Made by a program: the position numbers and the translations under genes | Virus record (IMG/VR): IMGVR_UViG_3300043540_000091 | Coordinates: 74,679 to 138,678 of that record | Origin: a virus | Reading direction: 5' to 3' (one strand) | DNA: 64,000 bases | Shown: positions 10,045 through 19,576 of the stretch, in pieces | Position numbering within the stretch: the stretch's first letter is position 1 | Layout of the letters: each line of letters opens with the position of its first letter | Notes under the pieces: generated by a model | What the model saw: the letters and a program-made list of their open reading frames with translations, nothing else | Told to the model about the DNA's origin: nothing | The model's database searches: none

Positions 10045-11537
10045 ATACGATGCTCCACGACGTCTCCCATCGAGTTATAGATCACGACGCGTTCGTTCGC
10101 GTGGCGTTCCATCATCTTGGAACCGACGACTCTGAAGTCAGCGACGAAGAGATCCTTCTTGGCGTCAGTGATCCGTGTTCCTCGACCTATCCCCTGCTTG
10201 ACCTTGGTCTCCGATGTCCCTCCCTGGAGATATACCAGAGATCCTGTTGGTTTAGTGTCGACGCCGGTGCTGATGGCACTCGTTCCGATCAGAAGCTTGG
10301 TCTCGCCACGGTTGAACCTGTCGACCATCGCATCGACGTCCGGCTTCCATTGCTCGCGCGGGAAGTTATCCTTGAGGTTGACTCCGTCGACGACCTCTCT
10401 GTCTGGGATGCCACCATGAGCAAACTCGTACGGTATGGTCAGATATGGCTTAAGGGCTAGGAACTGATTGAACTCCTCGAGCAGGATGATCGTTTGACGG
10501 TTCGATATGGTGACGGACTTCTGCGCGAACTCAGCCGCGAGCTTGTTGACATGTGGATTCAGGTGAAGCTGATTACGAACCTCGGTCTTGCCATCACGCG
10601 AGCCGGTAGGACCAAAGGCTGGTACCTCGAACATATGGAAGTACGGTCGTGCCAGGAAGCCCTGGTCGACGAGTTTCTTGAACTCCTTGCGATACACGAC
10701 CGGTCCCGTGATGCCCTTGAGAAGCATGTCGGTCCCATCGTTTCGCATCTGCGTCGCGGACACGAAGAACCTGGCCGGAACATCTCTCAGAAGACCTAGC
10801 GCGACGCGCTCCATCGTGTCAGCCGGTGTGGTATGAGACTCGTCCCATACGAACTGCTGAGTCTTCACGAAGAAGTCCCACTCCTCCGTGTTCGGCTCGA
10901 TGTTGGTGAGTGCCTGACCGGTGCAGACAGTGAACAGCTTGCCGAGGTCGTGGCGGCCTGCGCCGTACTTCCCGACGTACCGACCTCCGAACAGGTGAAC
11001 CATCTCCTTGTGAAGCTGGTTCGTGATGGTCTTGCTCGGAGTGATCACCGTGGTCGGAACCGGATTGCGCTTGCAGATCTCCTCGATGATCCGACTCTTG
11101 CCGGAACCTGTCGGAAGCTCGACCGCCGCCGGTCCGTACTTGGCATTGTCGAAGAGGGCGTCTACCGACTCTTCCTGGTAATACCGCGCCTTGAAGTCTG
11201 GGACGTGAGCCCACGGCAGCGAGAAGCTTGCCTGTGGTATATTGAGACTTTGGTCTAGGTCCCAGCCGAAGGTTAGCTTGAAGTCGCGCCAGAGGCCAGC
11301 GTACGTGTACGGTGTCCCAGATTGATCCAGCATCATGAGGGTACGCTTCTGTCTCAGTTTGAGTTCCTCGATCTTGGCCGCGTGGCCGTCAGGATCTCGG
11401 CGCTTCCACTGGTAGTTCATTCGAGTCTTCTGGAGCTGATACTTGACGTCGTTGTCGACGTACTCGAGGAAGGTACGGACCTTGGTCGAGTCTTCTGGAA
11501 GTCGTATTACGGATGGCGCGGCGAATGATATGCCCAT
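10041..11537 (-). CDS. SF2 DNA helicase (UvsW/RadD-like)
   Basis: PTGSGKS, DESH, SAT, TGVD, QGIGRGTR; start moved to ATG 11537. Confidence 0.9.
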   Translation of the reverse strand: MGISFAAPSVIRLPEDSTKVRTFLEYVDNDVKYQLQKTRMNYQWKRRDPDGHAAKIEELKLRQKRTLMMLDQSGTPYTYAGLWRDFKLTFGWDLDQSLNIPQASFSLPWAHVPDFKARYYQEESVDALFDNAKYGPAAVELPTGSGKSRIIEEICKRNPVPTTVITPSKTITNQLHKEMVHLFGGRYVGKYGAGRHDLGKLFTVCTGQALTNIEPNTEEWDFFVKTQQFVWDESHTTPADTMERVALGLLRDVPARFFVSATQMRNDGTDMLLKGITGPVVYRKEFKKLVDQGFLARPYFHMFEVPAFGPTGSRDGKTEVRNQLHLNPHVNKLAAEFAQKSVTISNRQTIILLEEFNQFLALKPYLTIPYEFAHGGIPDREVVDGVNLKDNFPREQWKPDVDAMVDRFNRGETKLLIGTSAISTGVDTKPTGSLVYLQGGTSETKVKQGIGRGTRITDAKKDLFVADFRVVGSKMMERHANERVVIYNSMGDVVEHRI

Positions 11538-11543
11538 GCTCGG

Positions 11544-11588
11544 ATGATACCACGATATGTTTGATTTACGAAAGAGTCGTGGTATAGT
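11544..11588. promoter_or_regulatory. Back-to-back extended -10 promoters
   Basis: TGGTATCAT on minus (11552-11544) and TGGTATAGT on plus (11580-11588) at the strand switch. Confidence 0.6.
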
Positions 11589-11609
11589 TGATCTCATCAG
11601 AGGTGTCCT

Positions 11610-12023
11610 GTGAAGAAGAAACCCAAGATATCCGAAACATTCCTTGGTTCGGTCGAAGATGCCATGGCCTACGGCGTCTACGAAGCCATCATGCTCTACC
11701 ACATCCGCTGGTGGATGAAGACCAACAAGGAGAACGGCGTAAACATCTTCCCAGACAAGAACGGCGTCCTTCGGTACTGGACCTACAACACCAGGAAGGC
11801 CATGATGAAGTGGTTTCCGTACTGGAGCGAGTCCCAGATCCGCCGAATCCATGAGTCCTTGGTCCAACAGGGCGTGATCCTGGTCGGACGCTTCAACAAG
11901 AACCCGTTCGACACGACCAACTGGTACACCCTAAACGACGATTCGAGCAGAGTTCAGGCAGGCACCTCCGTCTCCAACGACAACGACAACGACAAGTTCA
12001 CCGACGTGGAGGAACTGGAGTGA
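11610..12023 (+). CDS. Replication initiator, N-terminal winged-helix domain only
   Basis: YHIRWW...YWTYNT...FPYWSESQIRRIHESLVQQGVI..GRFNK.PFDTTNWYTLN resembles phage replisome organiser N-termini; SD GAGGT. Confidence 0.75.
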   Translation: MKKKPKISETFLGSVEDAMAYGVYEAIMLYHIRWWMKTNKENGVNIFPDKNGVLRYWTYNTRKAMMKWFPYWSESQIRRIHESLVQQGVILVGRFNKNPFDTTNWYTLNDDSSRVQAGTSVSNDNDNDKFTDVEELE

Positions 12024-12040
12024 CGAATCTATCCTTCCGG

Positions 12041-12184
12041 ACTGACGAAATCGTACATCGCGTTGACCGTCACGTCGACTGCCGAAATCGTACATCATTG
12101 ACTGACGAAATCGTCCCTCAATGTTTGCCGAAATCGTACTTCCTTCTATATACACATATATACCAGGTATTAAAACAGGTATTC
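12041..12184 (+). repeat. Iteron array plus AT-rich tract (probable origin)
   Basis: TG(A/C)CGAAATCGT repeats at 12041, 12078, 12101, 12124, then TTCTATATACACATATATACCAGGTATTAAAACAGGTATT. Confidence 0.75.
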
Positions 12185-12215
12185 ACGAAAGGCATCTTTT
12201 CGGGAGGGGAAACAC

Positions 12216-13529
12216 TTGGCTGAAAATCGTGATGATAGACTCCCTCGAGAAGCCCAGCTTGCCGTGATCGGTCACTGCATGCGTAGTCCAGACTTCTACC
12301 TTCGAGTGTCTCCCACTCTCCCCGCGAACTACTTCGTCGACCTGATCGCTCGAAACATCTACGCGTACGTTGGGCAGCTCTACGAGAACAACGCCCGCGC
12401 CATCTCTGGGCTTGAACTCAGGACCTACGTCAAGCAGTACCAGTCAGATCCACAGTCCTTCGAGCGTTATTCCAAGTACATCGCCGAGGCCGAGATGTAC
12501 TCGGCTGACTTCACTACTGGCCGACTCATGGGCCTGCTCCAGAGGCAGCGTGCTCACTACGAGTACCAGTCCGGCATGATCGATCTCTCCAAGAAGGTGG
12601 GCGCTGGCAAGAAGGAAGAGGCGATGGAGGTCATCAAGAAGTTGGCCGAACTCGACAAGTCTTCGCTCATGAGCCAGCCTTCATCGGAAGAGAACCTCTT
12701 GGCGCTGGACGAGGAAGAGCGTAAGTGGGAAGAATCGCTCAAGAATCGCGTTCCTCTCATCTCTCCAAAGGTCAACGGCAAGTTCATGCTCATGCCTGGT
12801 ATCACCCTCATCGGCGGCGTGACCAAGTCCGGTAAGTCGACCATCCTTGCCAATCTCGTACCGGCGATCCTGAACCACTTCCAGGACAAGAAGATCTTCA
12901 TCATCTCGAACGAGGATGACATGAACCGGATCAGTTCGCGCATCGCGTGCTGCGTGCTGGGCGTTCCGATCCGCAAGTTCATGAACGATCCTTCGAGCCT
13001 TCCGCCGGAGACGGTCGCGCAGGTGAAGCAGCTCAAGAGATCCGTCGCGTCGCGCATCGTCGTGGCGTCCATGCCGCACTACGACACCTCGAACATGGAG
13101 ACTGTTCAGGGCCTGCTGGAAGAAGTAAAGGCTGACGCAAAGGCTGGTAAGTACTCGGCAATCCTGCTTGACTACTATCAGATCGTCGCGAACTCGAAGA
13201 AGTTCCAGAACGTGGAGTATGTCGGCATCGCGAAGAAGTTTGGAGGCTGGCTCAAGGGCTGGGCCGCCGACATCCCGATCCCCATGATCCTGTTCGCGCA
13301 GCTTAAGCCGACCGCCGACCGCGAGGATATGCCGTTCTCTCAGCGAGTCCAGGGCGATACACACATAGCGAACCACGTTCACGCTGGTCTTGAGATCGTA
13401 CGTGAGACGGACGATCGCGGCGACATCACCAAGATCGTGTGCCAGCTCTCGCGTCACGGCGACAACCTGGGCACTGTCGGGACCTTCCGGTACAACGGCG
13501 GCCAGTTGATGTACCAGGACAAGCCTTAA
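12216..13529 (+). CDS. dnaB: DnaB-like replicative helicase
   Basis: GGVTKSGKST, ISNED, LLDYYQ, FAQL, SRHG; TTG start with SD GGAGG. Confidence 0.8.
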   Translation: MAENRDDRLPREAQLAVIGHCMRSPDFYLRVSPTLPANYFVDLIARNIYAYVGQLYENNARAISGLELRTYVKQYQSDPQSFERYSKYIAEAEMYSADFTTGRLMGLLQRQRAHYEYQSGMIDLSKKVGAGKKEEAMEVIKKLAELDKSSLMSQPSSEENLLALDEEERKWEESLKNRVPLISPKVNGKFMLMPGITLIGGVTKSGKSTILANLVPAILNHFQDKKIFIISNEDDMNRISSRIACCVLGVPIRKFMNDPSSLPPETVAQVKQLKRSVASRIVVASMPHYDTSNMETVQGLLEEVKADAKAGKYSAILLDYYQIVANSKKFQNVEYVGIAKKFGGWLKGWAADIPIPMILFAQLKPTADREDMPFSQRVQGDTHIANHVHAGLEIVRETDDRGDITKIVCQLSRHGDNLGTVGTFRYNGGQLMYQDKP

Positions 13530-13532
13530 TCG

Positions 13533-13541
13533 TGGTATCAT
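13533..13541 (+). promoter_or_regulatory. Extended -10 TGGTATCAT upstream of groEL
   Basis: Recurrent motif followed by SD GGAGG. Confidence 0.6.
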
Positions 13542-13558
13542 AGTTACGGAGGACACTT

Positions 13559-15340
13559 ATGTCACTTTTCCACGTCAACAAGCCAAAGTCTGCACCGAAG
13601 GTCATGATCCCGTCGAGCGAACGACTCACCAACGAGGTGGTCGACACCCTCAGCATGATGGCTTCGATGGCCGGACAGACCTTAGGTCCAGGTGGACGTC
13701 AGGTCCTGATCGAGCGTCAAGAGATAAACATGAAGCCGATCGTCACCAAGGACGGCGTTACGGTGATCAAGAACCTTGGATTCGACGATCCCGTCCGCCA
13801 GCTGATCCTCGAGGCTGCACGCGACGCGGCGATCCGTACCGCTAACGAGGCCGGAGATGGCACTACGACGGCCACGGTGCTGTCCAGCGCGATATGCCGG
13901 TCAACCATCGAGGTAGTCAAGAATAACCCAAGGATGAGCCCACAGCGCATCGTACGCGAGATGCAGCGCATGGTCCCAGACATCATCCGCAAGATCGAGT
14001 CGTACCGCATCGACGTGACCGGCGAGAACTATACCAACGTCCTGACCAGAGTTGCGACACTGTCCGCCAACGGCGACGCTGAGCTGGCCGCCAAGATCAT
14101 CGAAGGTAACGACATGGTCGGCGAAGAAGGTGACATGACCATCGTCGAGATGTCAGGACCTTCCAAGTACGTGCTCGAGCGCATCAGCGGCTACACCATC
14201 GAGCGCGGATACGAGGAGTCCTGCCGGACCTTCTCCAACGGCTTCATCAACGACAAGACTGGGACCATGGTCGTGCTGGAACGTCCCGTATTCCTGCTGT
14301 ACGACGGCTTCGTGAACGACTTCATGCAGATCTACGACGCGCTTCAGAACCTGTACAAGGCCATGAAGGATGAGAAGCGCACGGAGATGAACGTGGTCAT
14401 CGTCGCTCACGGCTTCTCGGATCAGGCTCTAGGTGATCTTCACACCAACTGGAACCACTCTGCCTCGACTCTCAAGGCGTTCCCGATGATGACGCCCGAG
14501 AAGGCCATCCTGAACTGGCGCTCAACCTTCCTGTACGATCTTCAGGCCTATACTGGCACTCCCGTGTTCAATCCGGTTGACCGCCCTTTGGCCGACATGA
14601 ACGCAACTGGGGTACTGGCCATCAGTCGAGTCAAGCGATTCGAGTGCAGCCGGTTCAAGGCCATGGTATTCGCAGACGAGGACGAGACTTCGATCTCGAT
14701 CCGCGTCGAAGAACTGAAGGAACACCGCAAGAATCCAGAGTCAGACTACGAACTGAACGACCTCAACGTCCGCATCGGTAAGTTGACCAGCGGCATCGTC
14801 CGCCTCAACATCTACGGTCCTTCGGCTGGTGAGACTCGCGAGAAGCGCGACCGTGCCGAAGACGCTTGGATGGCGATCAAGGGCGCGATCAAGCACGGCG
14901 CGGTCCCTGGCGGAGGATTCGTCCTCGTCAAGCTGGCTGCGTTCCTTCAGGTCACAGCCAATGAGATGAAGCGTGGAGCAAGACAGTACGCCGTCCAGAT
15001 CCTGGGAGAGGCATTGCTCGAGCCGGTTCGTCTCCTGTACCGCAACTACGGGTACAACAACGAAGAGATCGAGAGACATATCATCGACATGCTGGCAAAC
15101 GAAGAGCAGACCTTCGACATCTCTGAAGAACTGTTCGTACCCAAAGCAGATCTGCTTGACAGCCTGCCTGCGGTAGCCGAAGCTATAAGAAACAGCGTGT
15201 CCATCTCGGCACTTCTCGGTACGATCGGCGGCATCGTCGCCTTCCGGCGCGACAGTCAGACGGACAAGGAAGAAGAGAGACTGGTTCGCCAATTCGAGAC
15301 CGCCATCGGCGAGAGAGGATCGTTGAATGCAGGCCAGTAG
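13559..15340 (+). CDS. groEL: Chaperonin GroEL-like
   Basis: TLGPGGR, TKDGVTV, AGDGTTTATVL, GAVPGGG; no GGM tail. Confidence 0.95.
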   Translation: MSLFHVNKPKSAPKVMIPSSERLTNEVVDTLSMMASMAGQTLGPGGRQVLIERQEINMKPIVTKDGVTVIKNLGFDDPVRQLILEAARDAAIRTANEAGDGTTTATVLSSAICRSTIEVVKNNPRMSPQRIVREMQRMVPDIIRKIESYRIDVTGENYTNVLTRVATLSANGDAELAAKIIEGNDMVGEEGDMTIVEMSGPSKYVLERISGYTIERGYEESCRTFSNGFINDKTGTMVVLERPVFLLYDGFVNDFMQIYDALQNLYKAMKDEKRTEMNVVIVAHGFSDQALGDLHTNWNHSASTLKAFPMMTPEKAILNWRSTFLYDLQAYTGTPVFNPVDRPLADMNATGVLAISRVKRFECSRFKAMVFADEDETSISIRVEELKEHRKNPESDYELNDLNVRIGKLTSGIVRLNIYGPSAGETREKRDRAEDAWMAIKGAIKHGAVPGGGFVLVKLAAFLQVTANEMKRGARQYAVQILGEALLEPVRLLYRNYGYNNEEIERHIIDMLANEEQTFDISEELFVPKADLLDSLPAVAEAIRNSVSISALLGTIGGIVAFRRDSQTDKEEERLVRQFETAIGERGSLNAGQ

Positions 15341-15590
15341 AGTTCTCCTAGCTCTATCCATGATCGTCAACATGTATCTGTCGTACTCACTGTACCGCGC
15401 GAATGAAACGAACGAGTTGATGTTCAGCGGACTTACGATGATAGCTAAGGCCGCGAAGACTGGCAAGGCAGAGGCATTCAAGTCCGGATGCATGTCGGCG
15501 GTCGTGAGCGCACTGCATCTTGACACGGAAGATCCGCTCTATGAGCAATGGTGCTCGATGATGGGCGCTAAGTACTCAGTAGCGAAGTAG
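15327..15590 (+). CDS. Small membrane-anchored hypothetical protein
   Basis: N-terminal hydrophobic helix; overlaps groEL stop. Confidence 0.55.
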   Translation: MQASRVLLALSMIVNMYLSYSLYRANETNELMFSGLTMIAKAAKTGKAEAFKSGCMSAVVSALHLDTEDPLYEQWCSMMGAKYSVAK

Positions 15591-15591
15591 T

Positions 15592-15870
15592 ATGGCATGG
15601 TTCACGTACCGGTGTCCGGAACACGGAGAGTTCAAGATGTCGCTCCAGAAGAGGGAGCAGACACAGGCATGTCCGACGTGCGGATCTCGGTCAGTACCAA
15701 TGTTAAAAACCAGCGGAAGCGTGTCCATCGTCGAACGGCTGGACAACGGTATCATGGGCCGTGCAGTGGAACGTCTACACAACATCGAAGAGATCATGAA
15801 CGATCGCGCGGACAAGCATTCAAAAGAGTTCGAGCAACGGAACGGCGGAGCAGGTGAAGACAATGATTGA
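15592..15870 (+). CDS. FmdB-like zinc-ribbon protein
   Basis: FTYRCPEHG...CPTCGS. Confidence 0.7.
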   Translation: MAWFTYRCPEHGEFKMSLQKREQTQACPTCGSRSVPMLKTSGSVSIVERLDNGIMGRAVERLHNIEEIMNDRADKHSKEFEQRNGGAGEDND

Positions 15871-16861
15871 CGTCAGCTTCGGCATCCCTGGCTACATGCA
15901 AGAATACTGGGAACGCCACGACCATGACGACTTCACTCATATCGGCTTGTCCAGCGGCATGCGGTACAACTTCGCCAAGACCAACCCGTACCTCGAGTCC
16001 TCTATCCTGCAGCTTCACGACGATGTCGGAAACGCTGAGGTTGAAGGATACAGAGTCGTCATCGGTAACGGAGCTTCTCAGATCGTGTCTGCGGTAGCGT
16101 ACGCAGCCCAGAAGATCAACCTGAATGAGATCCTTCTCGAAGCGCCGTACTGGGGTAGACTCCAGTTCCTGCTGAACTCCGGAGTACACTCGGCTGGCTT
16201 CATGGGACCGGCAGTCAAATCTCATAAAGCGCTAATCACCTCTCCGTGGTTCAAGTTCGCGGTCAGCCCGAACAATCCGGATGGTCGACTTCAAGAGCCG
16301 GAAGGTTCACTGCCGCACTTCCTGAGCGTGGTCGACATGTGCTACTACTGGCCTCAGTACGTTGACAAGGTGGAGAAGAAGGCTCACGACGTGATGATCT
16401 TCGGACTATCGAAGGCTACCGGCCATGCCGGTACTCGGCTTGGATGGGCTCTCGTAAAGGATCAGAACTTCGCGAGCTTGATGCGTGAATATATCGAAGA
16501 ATCTACCTGCGGAGTGTCGAACGACGCGCAGGAACGCGCCAGGACAATACTGTGGCACTCCCATCGCACGAATCATGCTCCGTTTCAGTTTGCAAAGACT
16601 GAACTCGCCGAGCGTTGGGAAGCGTTCGCTCAGGCTGCCAAGCAGTCGGGTAAGGTCAATGTACTCAACGCGAACGGAATGTTCGCCTGGTGCGAGTATA
16701 CCGGCGGCGGGGAGTCGGCTGCAGACGAGATGCTGAAGGTGTACGGACTTAAGGTCATGCCTGGAACCTACTTCGGATCGTCACCTTCCAAGTTCAGGGT
16801 AAATCTTGGCTGTGACAAGGAAATCTTTAACAAGATGCTTGGAGCACTCCGTGGAAGCTAG
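15854..16861 (+). CDS. PLP-dependent enzyme, TAA1/TAR-alliinase (Alliinase_C) family
   Basis: QEYW, LHDDVGNA, SPNNPDG, DMCYYWPQY, FGLSKATGHAGTRLGWALVKD (PLP lysine), GVSNDAQERA. Confidence 0.85.
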   Translation: MKTMIDVSFGIPGYMQEYWERHDHDDFTHIGLSSGMRYNFAKTNPYLESSILQLHDDVGNAEVEGYRVVIGNGASQIVSAVAYAAQKINLNEILLEAPYWGRLQFLLNSGVHSAGFMGPAVKSHKALITSPWFKFAVSPNNPDGRLQEPEGSLPHFLSVVDMCYYWPQYVDKVEKKAHDVMIFGLSKATGHAGTRLGWALVKDQNFASLMREYIEESTCGVSNDAQERARTILWHSHRTNHAPFQFAKTELAERWEAFAQAAKQSGKVNVLNANGMFAWCEYTGGGESAADEMLKVYGLKVMPGTYFGSSPSKFRVNLGCDKEIFNKMLGALRGS

Positions 16862-18548
16862 GCTGCTGTGGCTGGAGGTCGAGGGGTTCAGGTCGTTCAA
16901 GCGAAAGGTTCGCTTCAACTTTCCCGACGGCGATGCCGTCATACTTATCAATGGCCGCTGGGTTAACTCTTCGACCAGATCTGGCTCGGGAAAGACGAGC
17001 ATCATAGAGGCGATTGCCTACCTATTAGACCTTACGGATGCGTCCCAGGCTTCGCTTAAGAACTGGGACTCCAAGAAGATGATCGTCCGTGGCGGCTTCC
17101 GTATCGGCACGTCAACGGTTCAAGTGACGAGAGATCCGAAACTGTCTCTCATCATAGACAACGAGCCGTACAACAGCCTTACCAAGGGCGCGAGCGCCAA
17201 GTTGGAGGAACTGCTTGGCGGGAACGCCGAGATCCTCAAATCCATCACGTATCGCAAGCAGCGCAAACCAGGCAAGATAATCAACGCGACCGACTCCAAG
17301 ATCAAGGAGTTCTTGACCGAACCTCTGAAGCTCGGTCCGGTTGAGGCTGCCGCAGAGCAGCTTACTCAGCAGGTCACCAAGCTCACTCAAGAGATCGAGC
17401 TTCTCAAGCGCGACGAGGCTACCTTATCCGGATTTGTCGCTTCCGGCGGAGTATCCGAAGAGGAGGCTTCCAGGGCAAGGACGGCATACGATCAGGCCAA
17501 GGCGCAGTACGAGGCGATTGCTTCTCAAGCGAACGTGTCGCAGCAGCTGATGGCCGACTCGCAACGCCTATCAGAAGAGATCCGCGCGGTGAACAGCCTG
17601 ATATCCCAGGTCAATCTTAAGAAGGCCGAGAACCAGCGCATCAAGATCAGTGTGGTCGACCTCAACGCAGAGATCGAAACCCTGAAGAGAAGTTCCTGTC
17701 CTACCTGCCGACGCGAGTGGGACCAGGCGCAGGACCTTCTGAACCAGAAGAACGCTCAGGTAGACCAGCTGATCTTCCAGCTTCGATCCAACATCGAGTA
17801 CATCGGTAACTCCGAGCCGATGATTGCCAACTTACCGAATCTGCAGGCAATGCTACAGGACGTTCAACGGAAGATCGGAGAGATGTCAGCTCCGATGAGC
17901 ATGGCGCAGCAGACTCTATCAGCCGCCACGTCCGCCCTGAACTCCCTCCAGTACAGACAGAGGACGTTCCTTGAGCAGTCGGGCAAGCTGGAACAGGTAA
18001 GGTCTAAGATCGTCACGAGCCAAAGAGAGCTTCTCATCGCGGAGACGTCGTCCAAACTGATTGGTCGCAGCGGATTCCTAGGGTCTATCTTTGACGAGAT
18101 CCTGGCGGACATCGAGGTAAGAACCAATGACATGCTGCAGCACTTCCCTAACGCTGAACAGTTCACGGTCCAGGTAAGCTCAACCAAGCTAGTCAAGACT
18201 AAAGGGACCACTAAGAAGGAGATCTCCGTAACAATCTCCAGGGCAGGAACCGACGTTGGCTACGATGACCTGTCCGGCGGCCAGCAGTCGGCCATAGAAC
18301 TTTGCACCGATCTCGCGTACGCCGAAGCGGTTCGCGCACGCTCCGGATGCGCTCCTCGCTGGACTTGTCTGGATGAGGTGATGGACGGTCTGGGCTCCTC
18401 AGAGAAGGCCGCCGTCGTTGAGATGATCCGCAAGAGGATCAAAGGTCTTGTACTCATGATCGAACATGCTACCGAGATAAAGGAGTCGTTCGATCAGACC
18501 ATAAATATCGAGTACGACGGAAGAGAGTCGTATGTCGCAAGCCTCTAG
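16851..18548 (+). CDS. sbcC: SbcC/Rad50-like ATPase (T4 gp46-like)
   Basis: GFRSF, GSGKTS, coiled coil with CPTC hook, LSGGQ, LDE, IEH; start moved to GTG 16851. Confidence 0.9.
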   Translation: MEARLLWLEVEGFRSFKRKVRFNFPDGDAVILINGRWVNSSTRSGSGKTSIIEAIAYLLDLTDASQASLKNWDSKKMIVRGGFRIGTSTVQVTRDPKLSLIIDNEPYNSLTKGASAKLEELLGGNAEILKSITYRKQRKPGKIINATDSKIKEFLTEPLKLGPVEAAAEQLTQQVTKLTQEIELLKRDEATLSGFVASGGVSEEEASRARTAYDQAKAQYEAIASQANVSQQLMADSQRLSEEIRAVNSLISQVNLKKAENQRIKISVVDLNAEIETLKRSSCPTCRREWDQAQDLLNQKNAQVDQLIFQLRSNIEYIGNSEPMIANLPNLQAMLQDVQRKIGEMSAPMSMAQQTLSAATSALNSLQYRQRTFLEQSGKLEQVRSKIVTSQRELLIAETSSKLIGRSGFLGSIFDEILADIEVRTNDMLQHFPNAEQFTVQVSSTKLVKTKGTTKKEISVTISRAGTDVGYDDLSGGQQSAIELCTDLAYAEAVRARSGCAPRWTCLDEVMDGLGSSEKAAVVEMIRKRIKGLVLMIEHATEIKESFDQTINIEYDGRESYVASL

Positions 18549-18969
18549 CTTCGAGTTCAAGGAGTTTATCCCCAAGGAGCTGTACAGGCGGTACTTCGAC
18601 GTCGCTGCCAAAGGTGGGAAGCTGTTCGTCTGCGTAATACAAGATGAGGCCCAGGTCAATACGATCTACCTTGAACGTCCACGCGAATCGGACGGACCGA
18701 ACGTGGAGGGTATAGCTCGGGTGTTCTTTGACGTCGGGCATGTGAAGCGATACTGCTCGCAGATAGCCATGGTCGAGAACTTACATCCGGATACGGTTAA
18801 GCGATGGGAAGTTCAATTCGACGAGCTTATCGAGTACATCCTCACCTTTGACGAGCGCCGTCGCGCGGCAGGGCGTAAAAGTATCGCCGCCATCGCGTCT
18901 GCGTTCTACGGAGAAAAGTTTGTACAAATCGACACGGTATGGACATCAAACAAAGAAGTTATGGTATAG
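18532..18969 (+). CDS. Hypothetical protein
   Basis: 145-aa ORF in operon. Confidence 0.6.
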   Translation: MSQASSFEFKEFIPKELYRRYFDVAAKGGKLFVCVIQDEAQVNTIYLERPRESDGPNVEGIARVFFDVGHVKRYCSQIAMVENLHPDTVKRWEVQFDELIEYILTFDERRRAAGRKSIAAIASAFYGEKFVQIDTVWTSNKEVMV

Positions 18970-18970
18970 T
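18962..18970 (+). promoter_or_regulatory. Extended -10 TGGTATAGT
   Basis: Recurrent motif, followed by SD AGGAGGT. Confidence 0.55.
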
Positions 18971-18987
18971 CCAAGCAGGAGGTATCC

Positions 18988-19296
18988 ATGAGCAAACAGT
19001 CCGCTAAAGGCGCGAAGAGCGCTGAGTCAGTCGAAAAGGCCGAGAAAGTTCCGGCAGAGATCCAGAAGTTGACAGAACTTCGAACTAATTATGAGAATAA
19101 TCTCAACCAGACGCAACAACAGATTGCACAGTTGAGTCAGACTCTCAACATGCTCAATGCCAAAGTCGAGCAGTTGAAAGGAGCGATCTTCAGCTTGCAA
19201 GAGTTGGAGCAACAACTTACCGGTAAACCGGACGCTGCCGCAGAAGCTCCCAAGGCTGAAGAAACCAAGGAAGTTGCCGATGGCTCGCAAGGCTAG
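18988..19296 (+). CDS. Coiled-coil hypothetical protein
   Basis: Strong SD; heptad pattern. Confidence 0.65.
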   Translation: MSKQSAKGAKSAESVEKAEKVPAEIQKLTELRTNYENNLNQTQQQIAQLSQTLNMLNAKVEQLKGAIFSLQELEQQLTGKPDAAAEAPKAEETKEVADGSQG

Positions 19297-19576
19297 ACGC
19301 GGACCGAAGTCACTCTTTGACAAGATCAAAGAGATCGATGCCGAGTTCCCAGAAGGTCTGATCACGGCCACAGACGAGATGCTCAACCAGCGTCTTGCTG
19401 CGCTTGCCAAAGAACAGACCGCGATCGAAGAAGAGCGTGCTGCGGATACCGACCTCAAGTCGCTTCAAGAACAAGCGAAGCACGCTGCTTCCGGATACAA
19501 CGAACGCACTCAGGCCGTAAAGCTGAAGCGCCGTTATGTGTACGGAATCCTAAAGGAGCGCGGTAAGGCACCGTGA
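19280..19576 (+). CDS. Helical hypothetical protein
   Basis: ATG 19280 with AAGGA SD; coupled to next gene. Confidence 0.6.
   Translation: MARKARRGPKSLFDKIKEIDAEFPEGLITATDEMLNQRLAALAKEQTAIEEERAADTDLKSLQEQAKHAASGYNERTQAVKLKRRYVYGILKERGKAP

Noticed and set aside
11538-11867. Track N-terminal extensions (also 7338, 16806, 20156, 27616, 40588, 54157, 54331, 57302, 58053, 59930)
   Set aside because: They run through promoters or neighbouring genes; better starts lie downstream.
12041-12139. Repeats as a mini-CRISPR
   Set aside because: Units are about 14-18 bp with very short uneven gaps, no cas genes, and the context fits iterons.
15854-16861. Complete auxin biosynthesis pathway
   Set aside because: No YUCCA monooxygenase or indole-pyruvate decarboxylase recognised; substrate unproven.
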